The notes: a model not told the origin generated them from the letters alone. DNA of 64,000 nt from Campylobacterota bacterium (GCA_030152305.1 JASKOM010000001.1:329174-393173), one strand, 5' to 3'; shown: positions 38,549 through 49,935, counted from the first letter of the stretch. Numbers and translations: made by a program.

Positions 38549-40900
38549 ATGAAAGTTTTTTCAAATCAACGAAGCAAACGAGAACATATAAAAACTTTGC
38601 ATTCTGGCTCAATTCTTGAAAAAATAATTACAATTGAAGAATTTAAAAAGAGAATTTTAATTGTTGAAGATTATAAAAATATAAGTGAACTTGAACGAGA
38701 AATATTATTTAATATAACTTTTAGAGAAATTCAAGGTGATAAAGTTTTACATATCGATAAAAATTTATTAAACTTTTTAGCTTATAGCCAGAACTTTTTT
38801 TCCTTTTTTAAAGAATTAGCTCTTGAAGAAATTAATATAAAAGATCTTGAATCTGCGGATTATTATTTAGATTTTAAAAAGCATATTCGTTTTTTATCAG
38901 ATCTACGAGAAAAATATAATAAAAAAATAACCGAATTAAAATTAGTCGATGAGATTTTTATTCCTGAATTATATAAAATTAATTTTAATTATTTAAAAAC
39001 AATTGATAAAATCGAAGTTTTTATAGACGGACAAATAAGTAAATTTGATATAAAAATATTCTTAGAAATTGCAAAAATAGTAGATTTTCAGTTGATTTTT
39101 TCGCGAAGTAATTTTTATAATAGAATCGATTCGTTTTTAAATAATAAACTTGAACCAGATATTCGATACAGTGTAAATATTTCAACAGGCGAAATTAAAG
39201 AACTAAGAAAATTGCAATTTTCTAAAAATATACAAATATTTGGTTTTAAACATAGATTTTCACAAATTGGTTTTGTAAAAGAACGAATATATTATTTTAA
39301 TAAAAGACATAATATTTCACTTGAACGAATTGCTGTTGTTTTACTTGATGAAAATTTCTCAATTTCGCTGTATAACTTTTTACAAAAAAATAATAAAGCT
39401 CTTTTAAATTTTGCAATGGGTTTGCCAATTAATGATACGATTTTTTGGCATAAAATTCATACGATATATAATTTTTTAAATAAACCAGAACTTGAAGAAA
39501 ATAAAATACGAATAAATAAATTTATTGCTCAATATGGCGAATATTTTAGTAATGTTCTTGAATTATTTAAAAATAATTGGAATCGTCAAAATATGATATC
39601 TGTTTTAAGAGATGGCATTCAGATTTTACTACAAAATTCAAAATTAAATGATAAAACTTCTATGCGAATTATTGAATTATTATCAGAATTTTATAATAGT
39701 CAATATATTTCAGATCTTGAATTTAAAATTTTATTTACGATGTTTTATCGTCGTCTTGAAAAAATTAGAATTATTGATATTCAAGGTGGTTCTGTAACTG
39801 CTCTCGGTCTTCTTGAAACTCGTGGAATATCTTTTGATGCTGTAATTGTTCTTGATTTTAATGATGAGGTGTTTCCAAAACAAGAAGAAAAAGATTTATT
39901 TATAAATAGCGAATTACGACGAGATGTTGGATTGCCATTAAAAACAGATCGAGAAGGACTTCAAAAGTTGTATTTGCAACAACTTTTACAAACATCTGAA
40001 CATGTTTCGATTTCGTATATTAATAACGATAATACGAAAATATCAAGATTTTTTCACGATTTTAATTTAACAATCGAAAATTATAATGAAAATTATGAAA
40101 ATAATTTAATTGAAATAAATATAAATAAAAAATTAGACAATCAAGTTTATGTGCCATGGCAAAATGAAATATCAAGAAAATTTAAATTTAGCGATTCGTC
40201 AATATCAAATCATAAATTTACTCATTTTTTTGATTGTCGTCGAAGATTTTTTTATAAATATATTTTAAAAATAACAGAACACGATTTATTCAAATCAGAA
40301 CATTTAACTATGGGAATTAATTTTCATGAAATTATGAAAATATTATTTGGTCATAAAAAATATTCATCACAAGATGAACTAAAAAAACAAATCGATCTTA
40401 TTCTTGAATCAAAAGATCTTTTTTCGTTCAACGATTTTGATAGAAAATCAAATCAAAATATTTTATATAAAATAATTGACTTAGAAATGAATAATTTTCA
40501 GCTCGATAATCTTGAAACTGTTGCAACAGAACTTTCGCTTTCTGTTGAAAATTATAGAGGTTTTAAACTTGAAGGAAAAATTGATAGATTAATTCGTAGA
40601 AAAAATGATGGTTCTCATATCGTAATTGATTATAAAACAGGCAATTCAAATATAAATAATGATAATTATCAGTTGATTTTTTATTATATTTTATTACGAG
40701 AAAATGGATATAAAATATATATAGAAGATTTATATTTTTATTTAATTATCGAACAAAAATTACATAAAAATTCTGCTTTAATTAATGACTTGAATGATAA
40801 ACTTGATTTATTATATAAATATAACGACGAAGAAATCTCTTTTTTTAAAAAAGAAAAATGCGATAAAGAATTTTGTAATTATCGTTTGCTTTGCCAATGA
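38549..40900 (+). CDS. addB: PD-(D/E)XK nuclease family protein, AddB-like
   Basis: 783 aa with no Walker A. The C-terminal nuclease module (GKIDRLI...IVIDYKTG) is flanked by one upstream Cys (FFDCRRRFFYKYIL) and three terminal Cys (CDKEFCNYRLLC), as in the Fe-S AddB nuclease domain. Confidence 0.6.
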   Translation: MKVFSNQRSKREHIKTLHSGSILEKIITIEEFKKRILIVEDYKNISELEREILFNITFREIQGDKVLHIDKNLLNFLAYSQNFFSFFKELALEEINIKDLESADYYLDFKKHIRFLSDLREKYNKKITELKLVDEIFIPELYKINFNYLKTIDKIEVFIDGQISKFDIKIFLEIAKIVDFQLIFSRSNFYNRIDSFLNNKLEPDIRYSVNISTGEIKELRKLQFSKNIQIFGFKHRFSQIGFVKERIYYFNKRHNISLERIAVVLLDENFSISLYNFLQKNNKALLNFAMGLPINDTIFWHKIHTIYNFLNKPELEENKIRINKFIAQYGEYFSNVLELFKNNWNRQNMISVLRDGIQILLQNSKLNDKTSMRIIELLSEFYNSQYISDLEFKILFTMFYRRLEKIRIIDIQGGSVTALGLLETRGISFDAVIVLDFNDEVFPKQEEKDLFINSELRRDVGLPLKTDREGLQKLYLQQLLQTSEHVSISYINNDNTKISRFFHDFNLTIENYNENYENNLIEININKKLDNQVYVPWQNEISRKFKFSDSSISNHKFTHFFDCRRRFFYKYILKITEHDLFKSEHLTMGINFHEIMKILFGHKKYSSQDELKKQIDLILESKDLFSFNDFDRKSNQNILYKIIDLEMNNFQLDNLETVATELSLSVENYRGFKLEGKIDRLIRRKNDGSHIVIDYKTGNSNINNDNYQLIFYYILLRENGYKIYIEDLYFYLIIEQKLHKNSALINDLNDKLDLLYKYNDEEISFFKKEKCDKEFCNYRLLCQ

Positions 40901-41018
40901 AATATTTAAGAATTTATTAATTTATTTCACAAATTATTTAATTTAATGTTAAATTAACAAAGACATCATATTTTAGATAAAATAGTCTTGAAAATTTCAT
41001 AGTTAAAGGAAAAACTAT

Positions 41019-42524
41019 ATGAAAACTTTAGGATTATCTCTCGTTGCATCAACTTTATTACTTTCACAAGTTGTTGTTGCTGGTGATACAAAAAATACAC
41101 AAAAACGAACTCTTGACAACAGTATGAATGTTGAATATAAAATTCTTCCAAGTGATGTTGAACAAATTGGCGATCTTTTCACCAAAGGTATGGTTTATGG
41201 TCGTTTAAGAATTCATGCTTTTCAATGGGATTGGAAAGATGAAAATTTCGAAACTGGTGGCGAACAAAAAAACAACTATGCTTTAGGCATTGGCGGAAGT
41301 TTAATTTTCAAAACAGCTAGATTTCACGGTTGGAGCGGAACAATTGGATTATATACTTCACAAAACCCTTTCTCAACAATGGAACCTGAAAATATGAAAT
41401 ATATCAAAGCAGGTAAAGATACTTTATCGAGATATGCTGTTAAAAATAGCACTGATAACGAAATTGGTATGACTGTTATTGGTGAAAGCTATTTACAATA
41501 TGACGGTGTAACAACAAAATATCGATTAGGTCGCCAACTTTTCGAATCGCCTTTTACAGCTTCAAACGATACAAAAATGATTCCAAACTCATTTGATGGT
41601 TTAACTGTTGAATCAAAAATTATTAAAGATTCTGAAATTCAACTTGCATATTTTCAACGACAGAAATTACGAGATCATACCTCATCACATGATGTCTTAA
41701 CTTTTGGAGATGAAAAAGCTAATAACTGGGGAAATCAAGATGATTCAGCTGTTCATAAAGGTTTATCATATGCAAATTTCGTAAAAGCTGGTGAAGATCC
41801 AGATAACGAATTAGTTATTGCAACTGTTAAAAATAAATCTTTAAAAAATCTCGAATTATCAGCTGGTTATTTAGCAGTTCCTGAAGTTTTAAATCAAACA
41901 GTTGTTGAAGCTAATGCAAAAATAGATCTTGGTTCTGTTAAACTTGGAGCAGGTGCAAGATATATGATTCAAGGCGATGACGGTGCTGGTGATATCGGCG
42001 GTGCAAGTATCAGCGGAAAACTTGCTGGTTGGACAACAGGCGATAAAAGAGGCTATGTAGACCCAAAAAATTTAGAATCTTCGTTATTTGCCGTTAAATT
42101 AACAGCTGGTTTATTAAATAATGCTTTAAATTTACATTATGGTTATTCACAAGTTAGCGACGATGCTGACTTTGTTTCACCTTGGAGAGGTTTTCCAACT
42201 GCTGGTTATACTCGACCAATGGCTCTTCTTAACTGGTATGCAAATACAAAAACAAGTATGCTTCAAGCAAATTTTGATTTAGGCAAATTGAATATTATCG
42301 ATGGAACACAAATCTTAATGAGATATGCAATGGTTGATAATGATGAAGAAAAACCTGATGTTGAATCAGATCGAAATGTCATCGAAGTTACAACAACTAA
42401 AAACTGGAAATCTTTCCCAAATTTCCAAAGCAAAATTCGATTAGGTTTTGTTGATGCTGACGAAAAAAATAGTATCGATAGCTCTTATAACGAATATCGC
42501 TTAGAATTAAATTATTTATTTTAA
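41019..42524 (+). CDS. outer membrane porin, OprD family-like
   Basis: 501 aa. Signal peptide, beta-strand periodicity, and a terminal ...YRLELNYLF with C-terminal Phe. Confidence 0.65.
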   Translation: MKTLGLSLVASTLLLSQVVVAGDTKNTQKRTLDNSMNVEYKILPSDVEQIGDLFTKGMVYGRLRIHAFQWDWKDENFETGGEQKNNYALGIGGSLIFKTARFHGWSGTIGLYTSQNPFSTMEPENMKYIKAGKDTLSRYAVKNSTDNEIGMTVIGESYLQYDGVTTKYRLGRQLFESPFTASNDTKMIPNSFDGLTVESKIIKDSEIQLAYFQRQKLRDHTSSHDVLTFGDEKANNWGNQDDSAVHKGLSYANFVKAGEDPDNELVIATVKNKSLKNLELSAGYLAVPEVLNQTVVEANAKIDLGSVKLGAGARYMIQGDDGAGDIGGASISGKLAGWTTGDKRGYVDPKNLESSLFAVKLTAGLLNNALNLHYGYSQVSDDADFVSPWRGFPTAGYTRPMALLNWYANTKTSMLQANFDLGKLNIIDGTQILMRYAMVDNDEEKPDVESDRNVIEVTTTKNWKSFPNFQSKIRLGFVDADEKNSIDSSYNEYRLELNYLF

Positions 42525-42547
42525 AAATTATTTAGGAAAAAATTAAT

Positions 42548-43063
42548 ATGGCTAAATTAGAAGGCAAAGTCTGGACTTTTGGCGATAATATCGATACAGA
42601 TTTAATTATTGCCGCAAGATATTTAAATACTTCTGATCCTGTGAAACTTGCTCAAAGTGTCATGGAAGATTCACGACCTGAATTTGCAAAATTAGTTCAA
42701 AAAGGTGATATTATTGTTGCTGGTTCTAATTTTGGTTCAGGTAGTTCAAGAGAACATGCACCAATCGCTCTTAAATATGCTGGTGTTTCGGCAGTTGTTG
42801 CAAAAAGTTTTGCACGAATTTTTTATCGAAACTCGTTTAATATGGGTTTGCCAATTTTTGAAATTGATGAAGCCGATGAGGTCGCTGAAAATTCAAGATT
42901 AGCTATCGATATGGATAATGGCGAAATAATTAATTTAGAAAATGGCAAAGTTTATAAATTTAAACCGATTCCTGAATTTATGCAAAAATTAGTCAAATCA
43001 GGTGGCTTAATGAATTATGCTCGTGAAAAAATAGGAGGAAGCTTTGGGAAACAAGCAATATAA
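42548..43063 (+). CDS. leuD: 3-isopropylmalate dehydratase small subunit
   Basis: 171 aa, short archaeal-like type. Contains [15 protein letters not shown] and [14 protein letters not shown]. Confidence 0.88.
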   Translation: MAKLEGKVWTFGDNIDTDLIIAARYLNTSDPVKLAQSVMEDSRPEFAKLVQKGDIIVAGSNFGSGSSREHAPIALKYAGVSAVVAKSFARIFYRNSFNMGLPIFEIDEADEVAENSRLAIDMDNGEIINLENGKVYKFKPIPEFMQKLVKSGGLMNYAREKIGGSFGKQAI

Positions 43064-44126
43064 AATTACGGTTATTCGTGGTGATGGAATTGGTCCAGAA
43101 ATAGTTGATGAAGCTATAAAAGTTCTTGATGCAGTTAGTCATTTAAAAGGTTTTGAATTAAAATATACTGATGCTCTTCTTGGTGGAATCGCTTATGATA
43201 TCACAGGTGTTCCACTTCCAATTGATACGATTACAAGTGCAAAAAATTCTGATGCTGTTTTGTTTGGTGCAATTGGTGGCTATCAATGGGATAATTTACC
43301 TCGAGAATTAAGACCAGAAACTGGATTATTAGGACTTAGAAAAGCAATGGGAGTTTATGCAAATATTCGACCTGTGCGAGTTTATAACGAATTAATTCGA
43401 GCTTCGACTTTAAAAGAAGATACGATTAGAGGTGTTGATTTAGTTGTTGTTCGAGAATTAATCGGTGGAATTTATTTCGGCGAACCAAAAGGTCGAGATG
43501 GCGATCGAGCTTTTAATACGATGGTCTATTCAGTTCCTGAAATTGAACGAATTGCTCATGTTGCTTTTAAAATGGCTATGAAACGACATAAAAAAGTATG
43601 TTCAGTTGATAAAGCAAATGTTCTCGATTCTTCTCAATTATGGCGAGATACAGTGATTAGAGTTAGCAAAAGTTATCCTGAAGTTGCTTTGACTCACATG
43701 TATGTCGATAATGCCGCAATGCAATTAATTCGTGATCCAAAACAGTTTGATGTTATCGTAACATGTAATATTTTTGGTGATATTTTAAGCGATGAGGCAA
43801 GTATGCTTTCTGGTTCAATCGGAATGTTGCCGTCGGCTTCAATTGGTGATAAAGTCGGACTTTATGAACCAATTCATGGATCAGCTCCTGATATTGCTGG
43901 TAAAGGAATTGCGAATCCGTTGGCTACGATTTTAAGTGCTTCGATGATGCTTAAATATGCTTTTAATGAAATTGAAGCAAGTGAATGTATCGAATGGGCA
44001 ATTGCTCAAGCTTTAAAAGATGGCTATCGAACAAAAGATATGAGTCAATATGATGCAAAAGAAATATGTTCGACAAGTGTTATCGGTTCAGTTGTTGCTA
44101 ATTATGTCGGAAAATGCAAAAAGTAA
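43044..44126 (+). CDS. leuB: 3-isopropylmalate dehydrogenase
   Basis: 360 aa. TTG start with AGGAGGA 4-5 nt upstream. Contains [23 protein letters not shown] and [14 protein letters not shown] motifs. Confidence 0.92.
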   Translation: MGNKQYKITVIRGDGIGPEIVDEAIKVLDAVSHLKGFELKYTDALLGGIAYDITGVPLPIDTITSAKNSDAVLFGAIGGYQWDNLPRELRPETGLLGLRKAMGVYANIRPVRVYNELIRASTLKEDTIRGVDLVVVRELIGGIYFGEPKGRDGDRAFNTMVYSVPEIERIAHVAFKMAMKRHKKVCSVDKANVLDSSQLWRDTVIRVSKSYPEVALTHMYVDNAAMQLIRDPKQFDVIVTCNIFGDILSDEASMLSGSIGMLPSASIGDKVGLYEPIHGSAPDIAGKGIANPLATILSASMMLKYAFNEIEASECIEWAIAQALKDGYRTKDMSQYDAKEICSTSVIGSVVANYVGKCKK

Positions 44127-44207
44127 ATATTAATTTGCCAATGTTAGAAATTTTTATCGAAATGGAAACAGAAGAAGAATTTTTTGAATTTGAACGGTGG
44201 CTTTTAA

Positions 44208-44699
44208 GTGAATGATAAATTTTTAAAAGATACAATTCTTTCGACAATTGCTGAAATCGAAGGTGATATAGACAATAATATTTCTTCGTCCGATGATAAT
44301 AATAAAAGTTTTGAGTCAAAACGAGAAATTCGACCAATTATTAACAACGATAAAAATTTCACAACTCAAAATTTTAATTCTAATTCAGTTGCACCGTTAA
44401 ATTTAGTTATTAATGAAGTTGAAAATGATAGTGAAATTGAAATAAAATCAATAACAATTGATACAACGAATGTTTCGTTAAATAATCAAAAAACAGCTTC
44501 GTCATATAATTATAAAAATAATAGTATTGTCGCTGAAGAGGAAGAGTTTCTTTCTAGTATATTACAAAAAATAAATGTTTTATTTGAAGGCTTAAAGTCA
44601 GATAAATTAAAAAAACGAGAAGAAAAAACTGATCTCGTTATAAAATATCTTCAAGTTCTTCAATTATCAATCGAAGATCGATTAAAAAAAATAAAATAA
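44208..44699 (+). CDS. hypothetical protein
   Basis: 163 aa with a GTG start, low-complexity N/S-rich middle and a helical C-terminus. It is preceded by a 33-codon ORF (44114..44215) whose stop overlaps this start. Confidence 0.45.
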   Translation: MNDKFLKDTILSTIAEIEGDIDNNISSSDDNNKSFESKREIRPIINNDKNFTTQNFNSNSVAPLNLVINEVENDSEIEIKSITIDTTNVSLNNQKTASSYNYKNNSIVAEEEEFLSSILQKINVLFEGLKSDKLKKREEKTDLVIKYLQVLQLSIEDRLKKIK

Positions 44700-44745
44700 A
44701 ACTCACAAGCAAAGTCTTTATAAAAGACTTTGCTCAAATAATTAA

Positions 44746-45078
44746 TTATTCACCTTTGATTACTGTTGTAAATTTGCCATAAAATGGATAAATAATTGTT
44801 TCATATTCGACTGATCTGATTTTTGTAATTCCACTATCTCTTTGAGCTTCTTCAATTGTGCAATCACCAAGAGCTACAAGTCCAGCATATGATTGACAAA
44901 TCGAATAACCTTCTTTTGTAGGTTGCACACCATCGTTTATAATTCCACCTGTTCCTAAACCAGAATGTTTTATATCCGAATAAATCATCCCCGCTACTGG
45001 AGTATTTTGAACACATCCTGTATAAAAAAATGTTAGTGAAACAACACTTGTTATTTTTACTAATTTTAAGAATCGCAT
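44746..45078 (-). CDS. TRL-like lipoprotein
   Basis: 110 aa. Lipobox LTFFYTGC. The C-terminal pattern ...GITKIRSVEYETIIYPFYGKFTTVIKGE matches my memory of the TRL-like family. Confidence 0.5.
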   Translation of the reverse strand: MRFLKLVKITSVVSLTFFYTGCVQNTPVAGMIYSDIKHSGLGTGGIINDGVQPTKEGYSICQSYAGLVALGDCTIEEAQRDSGITKIRSVEYETIIYPFYGKFTTVIKGE

Positions 45079-45129
45079 TTATTTTTCCTTTAATAATTTA
45101 GCTTATAAAATATTTTATCGAAATAATTT

Positions 45130-45822
45130 TTATTTTTTACTTCCAAATGAAGCAATTAATGCTTCTAAGTCGTCTTCATCTACAAGATCTTCATTTTTAT
45201 CTCCTGCAATATGTTTCGCCGATGAAACTCGTTTTGAATCATCAACAGAACTACTAAATAAATGATTCATATAAGAAGCTAATGATCTCATTACATTTAT
45301 GACTCGTTCTATTTTTTGACGATGAATATCTTGATATTGCATTTTGTCCATAATTGCCATTATTTCATCTTGAATAGTTAATATCGAATCTAAATCACTT
45401 TCTGCTATTTCAAGTAATTCTTTATTTTTATCTAATCCTTTTTGAAATACTTCTATTCGTGGAAAATTCGAAGATAATTGTTCAAAAGTTTTTATATTAA
45501 ATTTAACTGCTTTTTTTAAATTTTTTAAATTGCTTTCTAGGTCGCTTATTGTTGAATTAATGCCTTCGATTGCATCAAAAATTTCGGATGCTTTTTTTTC
45601 AGAATCTCTAGTAACATCATCTAATTGATCAACCATTCTGCTGTCATCATTTGGAGGAGGTGGATTTGGAAGAGTTTTATCATTTTTTTTATTTGCATTA
45701 TGTTTTTTATCATCATCATTATTTGATGATTTTGACGACGAAGCCTTTGGACTTTCTTCTATTTCAATCGAATCTAAATCTAGACCACCACTCATAAGAG
45801 CTTCTAATTCTTCATTTGTCAT
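45130..45822 (-). CDS. CheZ-like chemotaxis phosphatase (epsilonproteobacterial type)
   Basis: 230 aa. Acidic/proline-rich N-terminal half. The C-terminal MDKMQYQDIHRQKIERVINVM resembles the CheZ catalytic D-x3-Q helix (QD..RQ). Confidence 0.5.
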   Translation of the reverse strand: MTNEELEALMSGGLDLDSIEIEESPKASSSKSSNNDDDKKHNANKKNDKTLPNPPPPNDDSRMVDQLDDVTRDSEKKASEIFDAIEGINSTISDLESNLKNLKKAVKFNIKTFEQLSSNFPRIEVFQKGLDKNKELLEIAESDLDSILTIQDEIMAIMDKMQYQDIHRQKIERVINVMRSLASYMNHLFSSSVDDSKRVSSAKHIAGDKNEDLVDEDDLEALIASFGSKK

Positions 45823-45840
45823 TATTTGCCTCCAAAATTT

Positions 45841-47994
45841 CTATTTTTCTATAATTGAATTTTTAATTTTTTCTGGTGTCCATTCTGATATTTTGCCAAT
45901 TTCCATTTTTGTCAAATCGATATTATCTAAACCTTTTGCTCTAACATCATCTATCAAGTCTTCTATTTCTTGATCTAAGCCAAAAAGTTTTAAATAATTC
46001 TGAATTCCTCTTTGTAAAAGCACGGCTACTATTATTAATCCGTCTATATTATCAGCTACCGTATTATGTAAATCTGATAAATAAGCTATTTTAAAAATAT
46101 TCGCCATTTTATTATATCTACTTGTTATTTTATAAAATTCAGATAATAAATTATCTATTTTATCTATTTCACCATGAGAGGCTAATTCTTGTGTTTCAAA
46201 GACAACTTCGTTCCAATGTTTTTCAAGATTTTGAACAATCGGATAATTATTTAAATATGGATATTTATCAACCATTGCAAAAATCTGACTTAAATCATTT
46301 TTTTTAGCAATAATTAAAAATTGTTTATGTATTTCTATTTCTGCAAAACTTTCAGAAACATCTTCTATATAAACTCCAACTGTTCTTAAAAAATCTGCTT
46401 TTTCTTTTGCAACATCAAGAGTTCCTTTTTTTATTCCAAGTTTCATATCTATATAAACTTTATCAATCGTATTTATTACTTCTTGATATTCTGGATTTGT
46501 TTCTAGAAATCTATTTTTTGCTACGAGATCTAATAACATTCCATATTTTTTAGTTTTTAAGAAATTTTGAAAAGCCAAATAGCTATTTTTTTGAAGAAAC
46601 AAGTTTTTTATCGTATAAGCTTTATCGTTAATACCGCTAAATTTCGAAAGCATTTCTCTGGCTTCATTTTCACCATTTTTTTCAAATAGTTTTATTTTTG
46701 CTCGTCTAAAATAATCTTGCCAAATTGTATCTAATTTTTTATATGCTTTTGTTTTTTCAAGCGATGGATATTTCGAAACAATGTCATATGCCAAATAATA
46801 ATTTTCTTTTTCGATAAATTTATTTAACATTTCATACTGTTTAAAATCGTTAATTATTACATTTATGATCTCTTTTTTTTCTGGAACTATTTTAAACGGT
46901 TCTAAAAGTAATTCTATTTTTAAAATATCTCCACTGTCGGTATCTAACATTTCTTTACTTGTTTGAAGAGCTTTTTTCCAAACTAGTTCTAGAACTTCAG
47001 CTTCTTTTGTAAATTTCAACATATCATTTTGCATAATCATTCGATAAGCTTCTTGATATTTTTTTGCTTTTATATATTTACTTAAAGCCTGTTGTTCTTC
47101 ACTTGATGAATAAAAATAGATATGTCCTTTTATATCGGAAACGATGAGGTCGCCACTATTTTTTATCGTGATTACATTTGTTATCGATAAAGCATTATTA
47201 ACCGTTATATAACTAAAATTAACTATTTTATGATCTGTTAAATTATATAAAATAACTGTTCCTTTGACGGTTGATAAAAACAAAAACTTTTCATCAGCTG
47301 ATAGGCTCATTTTTGTAATAGTTATATTATTTTCAATCATTATTTTTACTTGTTTGCCATCAGCAGTTCGCCATAAAATAACTCGATCTTCTTTATCAAG
47401 TGAAACAATATATTTATTTCCGATAAATAACATTGCTCTAATTGGTTTTTCATTTTTTATAGTTTGAGCTAATTTCATAGTTAATATATTATAAAGTTGA
47501 ATTATTCCATCTTCACCACCAAAAGCGACAACTATACCTTCTGAATCGAAACGGGCAATATTTATAGATTGGTCTCGTTTTGGAAACGAAAAAACATGAT
47601 TACCTGTTTGTAAATTCCATAAAAAAGCTCGACCGTCTTTACTTGTTGAAACAAAATATTTATTAAAATCATCTGTAACAGTTGAAATAACATGTCCTTG
47701 ATGATAGCCTTTGCTAATTTTATATTTTAGTTCTTTTGATATTGTCGAATATACATCTATGTCTGTCGTATCTGGAACACCATAAACGATAAATTCTCCA
47801 TTTGTAGAAAAAGACACTCTTCGATTCCAAATAGAATTTTCAACAGTTGTCTTTAAGCTATTTAATAATTTATAATCAGCAAGGGAATATTCACGATAAT
47901 TACCACTTTCGTCAATCGTTAGCAATGTTCCATTACTGCTAAGATCCATCGATACAATTCCTTTACTTAATTCAATTTTATTTGTTAAAGTCAT
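45841..47994 (-). CDS. WD40 beta-propeller (N-terminal) plus helical-repeat (C-terminal) protein
   Basis: 717 aa. The first ~300 aa show WD-like blades (e.g. STSKDGRAFLWNLQTG, GGEDGIIQLYNI, DKEDRVILWRT). The remainder is alpha-helical and TPR-like. It lies 18 nt upstream of the CheZ-like gene. Confidence 0.55.
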   Translation of the reverse strand: MTLTNKIELSKGIVSMDLSSNGTLLTIDESGNYREYSLADYKLLNSLKTTVENSIWNRRVSFSTNGEFIVYGVPDTTDIDVYSTISKELKYKISKGYHQGHVISTVTDDFNKYFVSTSKDGRAFLWNLQTGNHVFSFPKRDQSINIARFDSEGIVVAFGGEDGIIQLYNILTMKLAQTIKNEKPIRAMLFIGNKYIVSLDKEDRVILWRTADGKQVKIMIENNITITKMSLSADEKFLFLSTVKGTVILYNLTDHKIVNFSYITVNNALSITNVITIKNSGDLIVSDIKGHIYFYSSSEEQQALSKYIKAKKYQEAYRMIMQNDMLKFTKEAEVLELVWKKALQTSKEMLDTDSGDILKIELLLEPFKIVPEKKEIINVIINDFKQYEMLNKFIEKENYYLAYDIVSKYPSLEKTKAYKKLDTIWQDYFRRAKIKLFEKNGENEAREMLSKFSGINDKAYTIKNLFLQKNSYLAFQNFLKTKKYGMLLDLVAKNRFLETNPEYQEVINTIDKVYIDMKLGIKKGTLDVAKEKADFLRTVGVYIEDVSESFAEIEIHKQFLIIAKKNDLSQIFAMVDKYPYLNNYPIVQNLEKHWNEVVFETQELASHGEIDKIDNLLSEFYKITSRYNKMANIFKIAYLSDLHNTVADNIDGLIIVAVLLQRGIQNYLKLFGLDQEIEDLIDDVRAKGLDNIDLTKMEIGKISEWTPEKIKNSIIEK

Positions 47995-48098
47995 TTATTT
48001 AATCCTAAATAGTTATATATACATATTTAATAATATATATAACTTTTATTTAATATCTATTTCAGTGTTATTTTGACACAAGTTAAAAAAATTTTATA

Positions 48099-49304
48099 TT
48101 ATAAAACTTTAAATTTGTATCCATTGATAGCTAAATTATCTTCAATTTCTTTACGATGTTCAAGACCTTTTATTTCTAAATCAACAGAAACATTAGCATC
48201 GCCATAAGAAATCGATGTAGCTGTGCGATCATAACCTATTTGAACGATATTGGCTCTTAAATCACTAAATATTTTTGTCAAACCCATTAAAGCTCCATGT
48301 TTATCAATCAAAGTTACGATTAATTTTAATTTTCTATTACTTTTAATCAAACCTTTTTCGATAATAATCGATAACATCGTAACATCGATATTTCCACCAC
48401 TAACAACGATTGCAATATTTTTATATTTCGAAATATCAATTTTTCCATATAAAATAGATGCTACACCAACGGCTCCAGCACCTTCAACTACGATTTTGCT
48501 ATTTTCTAATAAATATAATATTGCACCAGCTATTTCTTCGTCATCAACAGAAATTACCTCATCAACATATTTTTTTAAATATTCGAGAGTTATTTTTGAT
48601 CCATTTTTTACAGCAATGCCATCAGCAATAGTTTTTACAGGTCGAGAAACTGGTTCACCAAGTTCAAAACTTTCTTTTAAAGCAGTTGCTCCAGCTGAAA
48701 CGACACCGATAATTTTTACATGAGGTTTAAGATTTTTAATAGCTGAAGCGACACCACTAATTAAACCGCCACCACCAACGGGAACGATAACAGCATCAAA
48801 ATTAACACCACTATTAATAATTTCAATACCGATTGAACCTTGACCAGCGATAACATCGTGATCTTCAAAAGGATGAACAAAAATGGAACTTTGTTCTTCG
48901 GCAAGTTTTAAAGCAAATTTATAAGCATCATCATAAATAGATCCATGTAAAATAACATCAGCACCGTAACTTTTAACACCGTTAATTTTGGTCAAAGGAG
49001 TATTTTCAGGCATAACAATAGTTGTCGGAATAGAATAATATTGACCAGCGAAAGCAACACCTTGAGCATGATTTCCTGCACTTGCTGCAACGATACCTTT
49101 ATTTTTATCGATTTGACTTAAATTAGTAATTCGATTAAAAGCACCTCGTAATTTAAACGAACCTGTATTTTGAAGATTTTCTTTTTTTAAATAAACTCCG
49201 ACACCTGTTCGACTTGAAAGTTTGCTATCGAGCGATAACGGAGTTTCGGCAATAACTTTTGATAAATTTTCTCTAGCTAAGCAAATATCTTGAATAGTTA
49301 TCAA
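48099..49304 (-). CDS. ilvA: threonine ammonia-lyase
   Basis: 401 aa. PLP site NTGSFKLRGA, a GGGGLISG loop and a single C-terminal ACT-like domain. Confidence 0.88.
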   Translation of the reverse strand: MITIQDICLARENLSKVIAETPLSLDSKLSSRTGVGVYLKKENLQNTGSFKLRGAFNRITNLSQIDKNKGIVAASAGNHAQGVAFAGQYYSIPTTIVMPENTPLTKINGVKSYGADVILHGSIYDDAYKFALKLAEEQSSIFVHPFEDHDVIAGQGSIGIEIINSGVNFDAVIVPVGGGGLISGVASAIKNLKPHVKIIGVVSAGATALKESFELGEPVSRPVKTIADGIAVKNGSKITLEYLKKYVDEVISVDDEEIAGAILYLLENSKIVVEGAGAVGVASILYGKIDISKYKNIAIVVSGGNIDVTMLSIIIEKGLIKSNRKLKLIVTLIDKHGALMGLTKIFSDLRANIVQIGYDRTATSISYGDANVSVDLEIKGLEHRKEIEDNLAINGYKFKVL

Positions 49305-49738
49305 TTTGATATATTCCGATGTTCAACCATAGTGCAAAGATTTTGAACAAATTTAATATTATTTGCAACGGCTTTTTCACCAGCTTCGTTATTAACGATA
49401 CCTTTTTGAGCCCAAACAGTTTGAACATCACCTCGTTTAATCGATTGATCAACAACATCCATAACCATAGAAGCTTTTCTAAACACATCAACTAAATCAA
49501 CTTTATGCGGAATATCAAGAAGAGATCTATAAACTTTTTCACCTAATATTAAATCTTCTTTTGGATAAACTGGATATATTTTATAGCCTACATTTTGTAA
49601 ATATTTAGCTACTCGATGACTATCTTTTGTTTCATCTGGAGAAAGACCAATAATCGCGATACTTTTTGTGTTTAATAATATCTCTTTGATTTCTTCTTTT
49701 GTGCTGTTAATCGTTGGAAATTCACATTCGATATCCAT
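49301..49738 (-). CDS. CoA-binding domain protein
   Basis: 145 aa. KSIAIIGLSPDETKDSHRVAKYLQNVGYKIYPVYP is typical of the YccU/YneT family. 4-nt overlap with ilvA. Confidence 0.7.
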   Translation of the reverse strand: MDIECEFPTINSTKEEIKEILLNTKSIAIIGLSPDETKDSHRVAKYLQNVGYKIYPVYPKEDLILGEKVYRSLLDIPHKVDLVDVFRKASMVMDVVDQSIKRGDVQTVWAQKGIVNNEAGEKAVANNIKFVQNLCTMVEHRNISN

Positions 49739-49935
49739 AATTTACCTTTAATATTTAATTTACAAAATTTTACCAAGATTAAACGATTGCTTCTTAGATA
49801 ACTATATATTTTATTTTTAATTGTAATTTAGTTTATTATGTATCGATGAGGTAATTTTTTCACTTCAAAATAAATTAGATTTTATAATTCCGTTATAATA
49901 AATAAAAATATTATTTATTAAATATAGGAATAATT

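Noticed and set aside
43791-43798. GATGAGGC in leuB, and other one-mismatch relatives of the over-represented 8-mer (for example ACCTCATT at 13526-13533)
   Set aside because: These are not exact matches. I excluded them from the count to keep the tally conservative.
44114-44215. 33-codon ORF ([33 protein letters not shown]) starting inside the leuB end and overlapping the GTG start of the next ORF. Considered as a frameshifted N-terminus of that gene.
   Set aside because: The downstream frame opens only at the GTG itself, so a fusion would need a shift within 8 nt. There is no family recognition. It may be a real coupled mini-ORF, but I cannot support it.
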